Source: Octopus bimaculoides
Lineage: Eukaryota
Direction: 5' to 3'
Length of the DNA stretch: 64,000 bases
Assembly (NCBI RefSeq): GCF_001194135.2
Contig: NC_068982.1
Coordinates: forward strand, 134,631,735-134,695,734
This document shows positions 27,133 through 39,861 of this stretch, piece by piece (position 1 is the first letter of the stretch; each line of letters starts with the position of its first letter). Below the pieces are notes generated by a model that saw nothing but the letters and a program-made list of their open reading frames with translations, ran no database searches and was not told the origin of the DNA. A program made the position numbers and the translations under genes.

Positions 27133-27200
27133 CTTTTTTTGTTTTGGGTTCAGTTTCCTGACATTACAAATTCCGAAGGAGAAAAACAAAAAGTAAAATA
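27133..27200 (-). other. ARMC2: Candidate ARMC2 5'UTR exon (3' boundary at 27133; 5' boundary unknown)
   Basis: The first coding exon starts with an acceptor, so an upstream exon is required. Strong minus-strand donor AAG|GTAAGG at 27132, inside the CpG-rich domain. An in-frame TGA upstream supports 18036 as the start codon. Confidence 0.4.
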
Positions 27201-30074
27201 AAGTAAAATAAAATGGTAACTTAATAATTAATACTAATAAAGTTTGAAAAAAATTGAAATTTATGAAGATTTTAAACGTCCAGAAACTTTCTTCTAACTA
27301 TTATAAAGTTGTATAATGGTGATAACGAGTATTTTACATTATTGCTCTATAGCAACTGAGAATTTTATGTGGCTGATGTCAGACTAGAGAAAAAAAAATA
27401 ATAAAAATCTAATTTGGTTGACGAATGAATGATAAAAATATAAATAATAGTATTTATAATAATTGTGATGATGATGGTGGTGGTGGTGGCGGTGACAGTA
27501 GCTCCACTTCCATAATTCCACTCAAACCAGATCCTATGTCTGAACATGCAGTCGACATCAACATAAAGAACGTCGAGCCAATAAAATGGAGCGATACATT
27601 TAGCGAAGAAAGCTCATAAGCTGTACACACGCATATATACACATCCGTTATACATATACAAACACGTTTTTTTTTCTCTCTACTTCTACCGAACCGACTG
27701 GGTTTGTAGAATTGTACTTCATTATCTTTCAGTTCTCGCCAAGTGAATACAGCTAACAGGGATTAGTAAATCCTACTGCTAGTATTGTCGCCGAAGACTG
27801 GGTCATTAGATTCACTTGAGCAACAATCTAATTGAGAATAATGTTTGTTTATTCCCTCGAAACTTTAAACTGCTTTTAGTTGTATTTATTTGACTTTCCT
27901 AACGTAATAAAGAAGACATTGCGAATGAGAGGTGTCTTTTAACTTAATCAACTGTTGTCCCACACACACACAAAGATGCCGAAGAAGATGAATGAAAGAC
28001 AATAATATATTTTTATTAGAACATATTTATTTCTTTTTAACCTAGTCCTCGGATAAATCAACCAGTGTAATCACTGGTACTTAAGTGGCTTTTTGCCAAA
28101 ATTTGAAATCAATATTATTGGCCTTAGAATGACCCAGTAGCGGTGATTTGGTAGAATCGGCGGAAGCGGGGTATAATGCCTTTCTGTATTCCTTATGATA
28201 GTCAGTTCAATTCCTTGTTACCTTTTATTCCTTAGGTGGTCGATAAAGTAAAAATCCAGAGGGGTGGAATATTAAAGTGTCGGACCAGATACTTTGTCGC
28301 ATTTGTTTCCGCTCTTTGCTGTCCGACAACAACATATCTCACTCAACCTATTTTACTAATCCCAGAAAGCTGGAAGCTTGCTTTGTCAAGATTTGAATTT
28401 GAAACGTAAGATAAAGAAAACACCATAAATCAGTGATGGTAATTGCTAAGAAACGACACCTGCACCAAAAATAATGGTTTAGTGACAACATATTTAATGT
28501 GTGATCATTAAATGCCTGAAAAGAAATACACATGCATCAAGGAAAAGACTAACATGTATCAATGGCTTATAATTCCGACAAGCACGGGAAATAACTGCAA
28601 ACATGTTTCGTTATTATTATACCTCTTCAACACATTGCAGTGGCGGATGCAGGGGTATTGCCCTAGTTGCCAGGACAAGACCCTTTCTAGTCAAGCCGAC
28701 ACCAAAAAAGTTGGGACCAAGGTTTATTTCCAGCAGTTTCACAGCATTACTGTTTCATATGCATATGGTCTGCTACAACAAAGAACACATAAAAATGTGT
28801 CCATTTGTTACGAATCGCGTTGGTAAGACTTCCGCCCCTCAACCACTCTTTTTACAATTTTTTTTTCGACCCTCCCCCTTTTCGATTACGGGGATTACGA
28901 TATGCAGAAGAATTGGCAAAAATCGACATTTCTAAATTAGCACTCCTCCACCCACATTTCTTTCATTTTAAACTTTTTTCAGAGTTTTTTTTTCTCAAAA
29001 TATGCAGAAAAATACGGCGATTATGATTCTGAAAAAAATTTCCAAAAATCTTTGTAAATTTTTTTTAAAGNNNNNNNNNNNNNNNNNNNNNNNNNNNNNN
29101 NNNNNNNNNNNNNNNNNNNNNNNNNNNNNNNNNNNNNNNNNNNNNNNNNNNNNNNNNNNNNNNNNNNNNNNNNNNNNNNNNNNNNNNNNNNNNNNNNNNN
29201 NNNNNNNNNNNNNNNNNNNNNNNNNNNNNNNNNNNNNNNNNNNNNNNNNNNNNNNNNNNNNNNNNNNNNNNNNNNNNNNNNNNNNNNNNNNNNNNNNNNN
29301 NNNNNNNNNNNNNNNNNNNNNNNNNNNNNNNNNNNNNNNNNNNNNNNNNNNNNNNNNNNNNNNNNNNNNNNNNNNNNNNNNNNNNNNNNNNNNNNNNNNN
29401 NNNNNNNNNNNNNNNNNNNNNNNNNNNNNNNNNNNNNNNNNNNNNNNNNNNNNNNNNNNNNNNNNNNNNNNNNNNNNNNNNNNNNNNNNNNNNNNNNNNN
29501 NNNNNNNNNNNNNNNNNNNNNNNNNNNNNNCCCCCCCCTCTCGCATTATACACTTCATAGTATAAGCCATAATAAGAAGGATCATACACGTATTGTCGCG
29601 AAAAAGTTGCACACACAGCGTCATATGCATGAAAAACTCTGCCGTTCATTCTTTCGAGGTGAATAAGTACTAGTTGAATACTAGGGTGATACAATTGGCT
29701 CACCCTTTCTCCAAAATTTTAGGTTTTGTGCCTATAGTAGAAAGGGTTATTTTGTATTATAAGTAAATATAACGCGCGGTTTTATTGCCGTCACAGTGTT
29801 TACCGTTTTACAAAATCAAACTAGAAAACTGGACAAAACAGAGAACACAATTGAAAAAATTAAAAATTATAAAAAAACAAAAAACAATTCTCGACATTGC
29901 GTTGAAAAGTTAGGGGCGCTGGGATGGCGGGGCTGATGCGCTGGAACAGCCAAGCGCCCACACGAGCCTCACCAGTTATCTCTACAAGGCGAGTTGCCAG
30001 TGAAAACAGGAATCTCGCAGTTAGTGTTCCGATCCCACCAAACGTGCTACAAGTCCGACCCTACCAAATGTTGG

Positions 30075-30450
30075 TACAAGTCCAGCAATTTCGGGGCAGG
30101 GGCCTAAGTCGATTACATCGATCTTATTACTGAACAGGTACTTATTTTATCGATCCCGAAAGAATGAAAGGCAAAGTAGACCCCGGCGGCATTTGAACTC
30201 AGAAAGTAAAGATGTATGAAATGTCGCTATGCATTTTGCCCGGCGTGCTAACGGGTCGAATCGTTAGTGTCTGCAAACGGTATTTCGCCCGGCTCTTTAC
30301 GTTCTGAGTTCAAATAACGCAGAAGTCAACTTTACCTTTCTTCCTACTAGGATCGAGAAGCTAAAGTACCAGTCAAATACTGAAGTCGCTGGTATCACTT
30401 ACCCCCTCCCCTGAAAATTGCTGATCTTTTGCCTAAAGTAGAAAGTTTTA
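30075..30450. mobile_element. Two SINE B copies head to head
   Basis: Minus copy to 30253 and plus copy from 30258, centred on CTAACG-ggtcgaat-CGTTAG. Confidence 0.75.
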
Positions 30451-30718
30451 TTTGGAACGAGTATTTGGAGAACATCTGAAGAAAATATTTACTTATGAGA
30501 GTTGTCTTTCCTTATTTATTTCCATATCAAAAATAGTGTTCTGCGATGAGCAAATGAATCTCCGTCGGTTTCGACGATAAGTATTCAGTTGATAGCCCAA
30601 CTGCACTATATGCTCGTTGCTTATTGAACAGTCGTGCAAATGGCAGATTATCCCAAAATACGCCTGTTCTTTTAGAGCAAGCTTCTCACAGAATCAGAAT
30701 GATATTGTTTGGCAAGGT

Positions 30719-30918
30719 AAGGCGGCAAACTGGTAGAAACGTTAGCACGCCCGGCGAAATGCTTAGTGGTAATTCGTCTGTCTTTACGTTCTGAGTTCAA
30801 CTTTGCCTTTCATCCTTTCAGGGTCGATAAATTAAGTACCAGTTGCGTACTGGGTCGATCTAATCGACTGGCCCTCCCCCTATCCCAAATTTTGGGCCTT
30901 GTACCTAGAATAGAAAAG
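30719..30918 (+). mobile_element. SINE family B (tRNA-derived), full length with an 18-bp TSD
   Basis: GATATTGTTTGGCAAGGT at 30701-30718 and 30919-30936. A-box-like TGGTAGAAACG and B box GAGTTCAA. Confidence 0.9.
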
Positions 30919-31269
30919 GATATTGTTTGGCAAGGTTGGACCTTTTGAATTGCAGTTTTCGTCTATCCAAATTACACTTACAAAACTTGGACCGATCCAA
31001 AACCACAGTAAATTATTCTAGAATAAAATGCTGCATAGTGGGATCGAACCCGAGACCTTGTGATTGCGAAGCGAACTTCTTAACCATTCTTTCAAAGTAC
31101 AATAAAATAATTAAGCGCAAAATAAAGAAAATAAAGTACAAAGATTGGAAGATATTAAGGAAACAAAAAAAACGTACATATGGCGATCTTTCGACAAGAT
31201 CGCCAAACAGGCGATATTTATAGTAAACAATATATTTATATGTTTAAAATATATTTATAATGAATAAAA

Positions 31270-31480
31270 ATGGTTTCAAGTTTTAGTACAAGGCCAGCAA
31301 TTTCAGAGGAGGTGGGTGAGTCGAGATCATCGGCCCCAGTGTCCAACCGGTACTTATTTCATCGACCCAAAAGGACGAAAGGTAAAGTCGACCTCAGCGG
31401 AATTTGAACTCGGAACGTAAAGACGGACGAAATGCCGTTAAGTATTTTGGCCGGCTTGCTGATGATTCTTGCCAGCTGGC
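31270..31480 (-). mobile_element. SINE family B (other copies at about 21640-21835, 22240-22350, 35915-36105, 37555-37750, 38836-38920, 56960-57085)
   Basis: Shared core gaaaggcaaagtcgacctcggcggaatttgaactc. Confidence 0.8.
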
Positions 31481-31658
31481 AATAATAACACACAAAAAAA
31501 AAATGATATTCGTTTGTATTTGGTAAATTCAGGGGATAATACTTGATTATCTACGATTGAAATATACATCTCTACAATAATAACAGCTTCCTCAAGTGTG
31601 GAAGAGACGAAAGGATTAATAACTAGCGAAAGCTAAATCCTTGTTTAGAACTGAAGAT

Positions 31659-31836
31659 CGGAAGCGGAAATCGCAATGTGTATAATATCGTTGTCTCTGA
31701 CACTGAGAAACAACGAATCACAAAAGCTTTTACAGACAACCTTGTCGAATCGTATTAACCTTCAGTGAGGTTCGGTCTTCAACGTTTAACTCCAAACCGG
31801 CCATGTGCGCTGTGGAATCATATTGCACAGGTAAAC
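31659..31836 (+). promoter_or_regulatory. Candidate TMEM161 promoter and non-coding first exon
   Basis: Tandem ETS-type motif CGGAAGCGGAAAT at 31659-31671 and a good donor CAG|GTAAAC at 31830/31831. The site is CpG-rich unique sequence about 2 kb before CpG depletion begins. Confidence 0.4.
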
Positions 31837-33711
31837 TCACTTCTTCTCTATTCGTTTCTCTAGATCTTATATGATTTGCTCCTCGTAAGCAGAAATTAAA
31901 AATAGGAAATTTTCTTTCGTGGAATCGTTTGAAGATAGAAGATAATAATAGTGTTGCTTTTAACAATGTCTTAATTGTTTTATCAAACGTATTGTCGCTT
32001 AACATTTGTGTGCAAATTACAAATTTTTACGCTAATTAAATTAATAGTAAGAAGAATTACTAATATAGAAACACTGTATCAAGTTTACAGGGCCGAAATA
32101 ATTGGAGAATTTGTGATGTTCATGCTTTTGAAAAGGCAGGAGCAGGATTTGAAACCGAATAGTTCTTTTTCTCCGATGCCGAAAATTTTACTTTGCACTA
32201 AAAGATTCCAATAACTGTGGCTAGTCTACGGGGATGGTCACCTTCTGCTGATATTACACTGTCAAATAAATTGCAGTGATTCTAATTTTATTAATTTCAC
32301 ATGGTAATTATGTAAATCTATAGAGTTAGAAAAATTATGATTGAAAAAGTGCATGTTGGAGTCATTGAGACGAAATAAATAAATTAAAGTGACAAGCTTA
32401 AAGAAAATATGATTTTAATATCATCCTTTTTCGAATCAAAAAGTAAAGTAAAGATTTTGTTTTCATTTTTATAAATCAATCACCAATTTCGAACACTGAG
32501 ATAATCAGATTTTTCGCTACTGTGAAAATGTTAAAGATTTCCTCTTTTTTTTTGCCATATTTTCAGCCACGGCATCTCTGTCTTCTTAATCTGTAGTGCC
32601 TTTTATTCTATTTGAAAATATTTAGATGTTTACTTTCATTTGATTAATATTTTGAACCTTTTTACAAAATTAATGCTTTAATTATAACAGTTTTGCATTT
32701 GCAGTCAAACATAGGCTTACTTGATGTCACATTAAGGTACCCTCTCGCCCCAGTTAAAAAACGCAACATTTGTACTAAACCTGCGCCAATTTTAGGGCCA
32801 AATGTAGGCATTGGTCGACTAAAACGTCTCAGTTACATAGTTTATTTATAGTTGCTACTTATTTTTGTAGCAGTCTTTATTTGCAATATTGATTTCTCTC
32901 GTCGCACAGGGATTCCTAGTGTTTTCTTTTAAAGAGAAAAGGAGATTATACTTCAACTATTGTTTTTTTTTCCAAACTGAACTGGATCCAGTTAAAACTC
33001 GAAACCTAGTCGCATGCTTAGTTATTTTATATTTGGTTTATTTCTCTTTCTGCGTGGAAAAATTTCAATTAATCGAAGGATTTTTTGCTACATAATTATT
33101 CAGTACCCAACTCCTTAACTTATTTGTACACATCGGAATATTTTTCCCCTTAAAATTTATCTTCGATCCTTATATATTAAAATCAAATATACAATCTGTT
33201 AATTTTAATGTATTCCTTTCTGTATATAAATCTCAATTTGGTCCTTCGAAATACCATAGATCGATTATGATAAGATATAACCTTTAGTTTCAATTATTGT
33301 CTTTATGACTTGTACTGACAACAAGGACATCGGTGTCGCGAATTGTGTCCAAATCGTGTAATACATCGCACGACAATGTTATTTATTTATCACTAGATTT
33401 CACATGCAACTTTCATCAAATTTACAAGTATATGATTGTTTTACATAACATTAATTAAACTGATTTAATTACCGTTTTATCGTCTGCTTTACAGACAGAT
33501 GTTAGAATTTTTTTTAGACTTTCGGGAATTCCACACACATACTGTAAATAATATTTATAGGCCAGTGAGGGAATCTGTGGTTTCTAAGACTATTTAAAAT
33601 GACTTAATTACAATTTTATAGTATATTTTATAAATAATAAACACCATACTTTAGAATTTTTAAAAACATTCAGAGATTCCAGTATGTCGTCTATATGGTT
33701 CGTATCCGTTT

Positions 33712-33749
<38 letters not shown>

Positions 33750-34624
33750 ATATTTATGAGATTTCTGTAGTTATTATGTCCGTTTGTTTCCTTTTAGTAT
33801 TGTACTACACTGGTATAATTACATTGTCCTGGTTCTTGTAAAAGATTATTTATTACTTTTCACAAATGATTATGAAGCAAATTCCTTTGCAAAATTCCAG
33901 CGACTGGTTTAGAATATGTATATTCTCACCTTTTTCCAAAATGGGATTAATTAGTCTTCTTCGCATGGCCATAATTTGCAGATAAGCAAAAAAAATAAAT
34001 TGTTTCTTGAGAGTTCTTATGAATGTATTACAATAGGCAAAACTATGGGTTATAGGAATATTTCATAATTATTATGACCAAATATACGTTAAGTATATTT
34101 GGTATTGCTCTGTAGAGCTTTGTTGTCTGTGAGAGGATTATCTTTAAGAATAATAATACAACAAACATCTAATAATTAAGATAGGTTTACATGCAAAACA
34201 AATTGGTTGGAGAGTGTTTCGAAATTACTTAGATTTATGCGAAATAACTGTATAAAGTGTCTCCTTTGTTTTTGTAGCAAATAGTGACATGCTAATTGTA
34301 AATGAGCATCCCTGTCTTACAAGTGGTGTTGTTTGTTACCAGTCTTCCAGGAGAATATGGCTGGCTATGGGGGGCGGGGGAATATTACCCTGCTTGTGAG
34401 GGTTAGCAACAGGGATGGCATCTAGCTGTAGAAAATGTCTCATCCAATTCTGTGCATCCTATGCAAGCGTGGAGAAGTGATCACTAAAATAATGATGATA
34501 ATGATAGTCAGACAGAAATTTTATGTGTTGTATTCAAGTTTGTGTCTTGGAAAAGCTCAGTCTGTTTTTATTAATACAATTTACAGTAGGAATTGTACCT
34601 GATTCAGTCCCCACCAAAACAATA

Positions 34625-35223
34625 TAACCCTTTAGCATTTAAACCTACTGTATCTGACCTAAATATTCTTCCTGTTTTATGTTCAAGCTGGCCAAATCTG
34701 ACCTCTCATACCTACCCTACAGTGTCATTCTAAAAGCAGACAATCACATCATCAAAATCTCAAAGCTATGAGATAATGTATGAATAATCCTGTACTATGT
34801 GAATAAACAAACGTTCACCTTTCGAGTGTTGGGCCTCACAAATGCAAAGTGGCCAATGCCAGTGGCACGTGAAAAGCTCCTTTAGAGTGTTAGGCCTCAT
34901 GAAGGCAATGACCAAGACCTTTGGCATTGTCATGCTTGAAAAGAAGACCCATCAAGCCAAGTAAAATCACAGTTGTGGTAGTTACCGGTGTCATGCAAAT
35001 GGCACCTGTGCTGGTGGCACATAAAAGCACCCATTACACTGCTGGAGTGGTTGGCATTAGGAAGGGCATCCAGCCTTAGAAAACATGCCAAATCAGACTG
35101 AAGTCTGGTGCAGCCTTCCAGCGTGCCAGCCTGGTCAAACTATCCAACCCATGCCAGCATGGACAACACACGGTAAATGATGATGATAATATATTTGACA
35201 GGAATCTGAATGCTAAAGGGCTA
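34625..35223. mobile_element. piggyBac-like MITE split by an inserted RTE-tail fragment (about 34816-35189)
   Basis: TIRs TAACCCTTTAGCATT and AATGCTAAAGGGCTA. Related copies at about 42300-42510 and (inverted) 11165-11345 show the two halves are normally contiguous. Confidence 0.7.
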
Positions 35224-36179
35224 AAATGTTTTTGATTAGAATCAAGATTTTGTAAGAGACTGAGTAGTTGTTTGAATCATCGCTTAATGTCTGTTTTCTC
35301 TGCTGGCATGGTTTGGACGGTTTNNNNNNNNNNNNNNNNNNNNNNNNNNNNNNNNNNNNNNNNNNNNNNNNNNNNNNNNNNNNNNNNNNNNNNNNNNNNN
35401 NNNNNNNNNNNNNNNNACGTGCCACCAGCATGGGGACCAGTCAGTGGGTACAGGCATCGGCCATGTTTGGACGGTGCTTTTTACATGCTACTGGTGTGGG
35501 AGCCAGTGTGGGAGTACTGGCCACAGCTACGATATTGGTTTTACTGGACTCAACAAGACTTCTTTAGCATATCATATCGCACGACACAACATAAAATAAA
35601 CAAAACCAATTTTGATTGCCAGTGCCGCTGGACTGGCTCCTGTGCAGGTGGCACGTAAAATACACCATTTTGAGCATGGCTGTTGCCAGTACCGCCTGAC
35701 TAGCCTTCGTGCCGGTGGCACGTAAAAAGCACCTACTACACTGTCGGAGTGGTTGGCGTTAGGAAGGGCATCCAGCTGTAGAAACTCTGCCAAATCAGAT
35801 TGGAGCCTGGTGCAGCCATCTGGTTTGCCAGTCCTCAGTCAAATCGTCCAACCCATGCTAGCATGGAAAGCGGACGTTAAACGATGATGATGATGACTCA
35901 GATAATATGGCAACCTGGCAGAATCATTAGCATGGCAGGCAAAATAATTAGCAACATTTTCGTCCATCTTTACATTCTGGATTCAAATGCTACTGAGGTC
36001 AACTTTGCTTTTCATCCTTTCAGGGGTCAATAAAGTTGAGTACTGGGGTCGATGTAATTGACTCACTCCCTTCCCCGAAATTGCTGGCCTTTTGCCAAAA
36101 TTTGTGATTGATGTTTTTGAGACTCAGAACGTATTGGTATGGACCTCATACTGTCCATGTCCACCTTTCTAGTATAGAC

Positions 36180-36552
36180 ATCATCATCATCATTGTTTTG
36201 ATTTGTTACACTGGTCAGATGGTGGTACTCATTGAGGCACATTTCTGACAGCTGGATGCTCTTCCTGTTTGTTGATTTTCATTTGTTTTCAACCAAAAGT
36301 AATATTTCTCCATGGCCAGACATGTTTTCCTAAAATATTGGAAATGAGCAACACTGCTTGTATGACGGTGATGCTTGTTTACATCTGTTGTGATGTTAAG
36401 TCAAAGAGATATAAAACCCTTTGCCTCCCAACTACATGGTTCTGGGTTCAGTCCCACTGTGCAACACCTTGGACAAGTGTCTTCCATAGCCTTGGGCTGA
36501 CCAAAGCCTTGAGAGTGGATTTGGTAGACGGAAACTGAAAGAAACCAGTCAT
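36180..36552. mobile_element. SINE family E copy with its head module inverted
   Basis: Body and tail on minus (36180-36415); head on plus (36421-36552). Confidence 0.7.
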
Positions 36553-39268
36553 ACAGAGCATGGAAGAAAGGTTTCCTCAATTTCAAAGGTTAATAAAAAA
36601 ACAAACACATGAAGATTCAAGAAAAAAATGATGCTCTCCACTCCAGGCCATGGTGGGTACTACCTGAAACAGAAAAAAAAAATGGCATTTACTGAACTTC
36701 ATAGAAATACAAAGTTTTTACATGCATCTTCATGTGTTTGTTTTTTATTGACCTTTGATATCGGGGCAACCCTTCTACCACACCCTGTGTGTGTGTGTAC
36801 CAATGTTTGTTCCCCCATCATCTCTTAACTGGCATTGGTGTATTTATGTGCCCATAACTTAACAGTTCAGCAAAAGACATCAATATACAAGGCTTCAACA
36901 AAAAAAAAAATTACTGGATCTTTTTTTTTTTTTGCAACCAAAGTTCTCCAAGTCAGAAACCCAGCAGTCTAATNNNNNNNNNNNNNNNNNNNNNNNNNNN
37001 NNNNNNNNNNNNNNNNNNNNNNNNNNNNNNNNNNNNNNNNNNNNNNNNNNNNNNNNNNNNNNNNNNNNNNNNNNNNNNNNNNNNNNNNNNNNNNNNNNNN
37101 NNNNNNNNNNNNNNNNNNNNNNNNNNNNNNNNNNNNNNNNNNNNNNNNNNNNNNNNNNNNNNNNNNNNNNNNNNNNNNNNNNNNNNNNNNNNNNNNNNNN
37201 NNNNNNNNNNNNNNNNNNNNNNNNNNNNNNNNNNNNNNNNNNNNNNNNNNNNNNNNNNNNNNNNNNNNNNNNNNNNNNNNNNNNNNNNNNNNNNNNNNNN
37301 NNNNNNNNNNNNNNNNNNNNNNNNNNNNNNNNNNNNNNNNNNNNNNNNNNNNNNNNNNNNNNNNNNNNNNNNNNNNNGAAATACCACTAAGCATTTCACC
37401 TGGTGTGCTAACGTTTCTGCCAGCTAGGTTTCTTTCAGTTTCTGTCTACTGAATTCACTCTCTAGGTTTTGGTTGACCCGGGGCTATACTGGAGGATACT
37501 ATCCTAGAACCATTTTAATATGAAAAAATATTTAATGATAGCAAATATATTCTTTTCTACTCTAGGCACAAGGCCCAAAATTTTTGAGGAGAGGGTCAGT
37601 AGATTAGATCGACCCCAGTATGTAACTAGTACTTAATTTATCAATCCTGAAAGGATGAAAGGCAAAGTCAACCTCGTCGGAATTTGAACTCGGAATGTAA
37701 AGACAGATGAAATTCTGCTAAGCATTTTGCCCGGCATGCTAATGTTTCTGCCCCTTATGATCGGAAATATATTGGTTTTATATTGCTTTTCTGAATTTTA
37801 GTTTAGTGTTAGTGAAACTGGCTGTTGTAGATTATCAATTTTGAGTCTCTGAATCTATCTGCCATTAAGGCAGACTGATGATCAGTAGTTTGTTCTAGGA
37901 CATTCTAGATGTGGCCATGTTGTATTTTTGGACTATCTCCAGGACCATATTTGTTAATGTATTCTTCAATTTGTAACAGTAAATCTTGATTTGAGAGGAA
38001 TTTAATTGTTATTTCTTGCACCCTCAGTAACTACATAATCGCACTAGTTGGCTTGAAGCAGTGATACAATATTGAAAAGAAGGATTTTTTTTTTTGTGTT
38101 CCATTTCATTTTTGTTTTGTGAAAAGCACCATTCGAGCATGATCGTTGCCAATGTCGCCTTACCGGCACATGTTCCGGTGGCACTTGGAAAATNNNNNNN
38201 NNNNNNNNNNNNNNNNNNNNNNNNNNNNNNNNNNNNNNNNNNNNNNNNNNNNNNNNNNNNNNNNNNNNNNNNNNNNNNNNNNNNNNNNNNNNNNNNNNNN
38301 NNNNNNNNNNNNNNNNNNNNNNNNNNNNNNNNNNNNNNNNNNNNNNNNNNNNNNNNNNNNNNNNNNNNNNNNNNNNNNNNNNNNNNNNNNNNNNNNNNNN
38401 NNNNNNNNNNNNNNNNNNNNNNNNNNNNNNNNNNNNNNNNNNNNNNNNNNNNNNNNNNNNNNNNNNNNNNNNNNNNNNNNNNNNNNNNNNNNNNNNNNNN
38501 NNNNNNNNNNNNNNNNNNNNNNNNNNNNNNNNNNNNNNNNNNNNNNNNNNNNNNNNNNNNNNNNNNNNNNNNNNNNNNNNNNNNNNNNNNNNNNNNNNNN
38601 NNNNNNNNNNNNNNNNNNNNNNNNNNNNNNNNNNNNNNNNNNNNNNNNNNNNNNNNNNNNNNNNNNNNNNNNNNNNNNNNNNNNNNNNNNNNNNNNNNNN
38701 NNNNNNNNNNNNNNNNNNNNNNNNNNNNNNNNNNNNNNNNNNNNNNNNNNNNNNNNNNNNNNNNNNNNNNNNNNNNNNNNNNNNNNNNNNNNNNNNNNNN
38801 NNNNNNNNNNNNNNNNNNNNNNNNNNNNNNNNNNNTGAAAGGCAAAGTCGACCTTGGCGAAATTTGAACTCAGAACGTAGCGGCAGACAGAATACCGCTA
38901 AGCATTTTGCCTCAGCTCGTCACCTTCTACACAATTTCTGGCTACCAGATTCTCTTGGACACTGATCTACTTGATGTGTTGAAATAATATGTAGAATAGA
39001 GTGAGCCGTTGTAAGAAAAGAATAGCTTGATAACAGACAGGAATGCAGTGAAGTGAATACAATTATATCCAGCCTTTACTCTCTTTACTCTTTTACTTGT
39101 TTCAATCATTTGACTGTGGCCATGCTGGAGCACTGCCTTTAGTCGAAGAAATCGACCCCTAATACTTCTTCTATCGGTCTCTTTTGCTGAGCTGTTAAGT
39201 TATGGAGACGTAAACACACCAGTATCGGTTGTCAAGCGATGTTGGGGGACAAACACAGATGCACAAAC

Positions 39269-39504
39269 ATGAAGGCGGCGCGCTAGCAGAAACGTTAACA
39301 TGTCGGGTGAAATGCTTAGCAGTATTTCATCTGCCGCTACGTTCTGAGTTCAAATTCTGCCGAGGTTGACTTTGCCTTTCATCCTTTCGGGGTCGATTAA
39401 ATAAGTACCAGTTACGCATTGGGGTCGATGTAATCGACTTAATCCCTTTGTCTGTCCTTGTTTGTCCCCTTTATGTTTAGCCCCTTGTGGGCAATAAAGA
39501 AATG
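39269..39504 (+). mobile_element. SINE family B with a 19-bp TSD, inserted in a family A copy
   Basis: CAAACACAGATGCACAAAC at 39250-39268 and 39505-39523. Confidence 0.92.
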
Positions 39505-39695
39505 CAAACACAGATGCACAAACGCACACACACACACACACGCACACACATATACGACAAACTTCTTTCAGTTTCTGTCTACCAAATCCACTCACAAGGC
39601 TTTGGTCGACCCGAGGCTATAGCAGAAGACACTTACCCAAGGTGCCACACAGTGGGACTGAACCCAGAACCATGTGGTTGGTAAGCAAGCTACTT

Positions 39696-39861
39696 TATTT
39701 CATTGAAATTAGCCACAAGGGCTGTACACAGAGTAGTAGCTGCGGGCTGGACAAAGACATTAATGTGATGAGGATGATAACGAAAAGCGAATAGAAATGG
39801 GAGAGGCACCGGCGCCCGTCGACCGATAACCCCTTGAAAATATTGTTCAATACAAATCCAA
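39696..39861 (-). mobile_element. 166-bp 5'-truncated retroelement 3' end with a 14-bp TSD
   Basis: TAAGCAAGCTACTT at 39682-39695 and 39862-39875. Confidence 0.8.

Noticed and set aside
28640-29720. Possible DNA transposon (CAGTGGCGGATGCAGGGG start; weak similarity to 62150-62200)
   Set aside because: Interrupted by a gap, and no matching second terminus was found.
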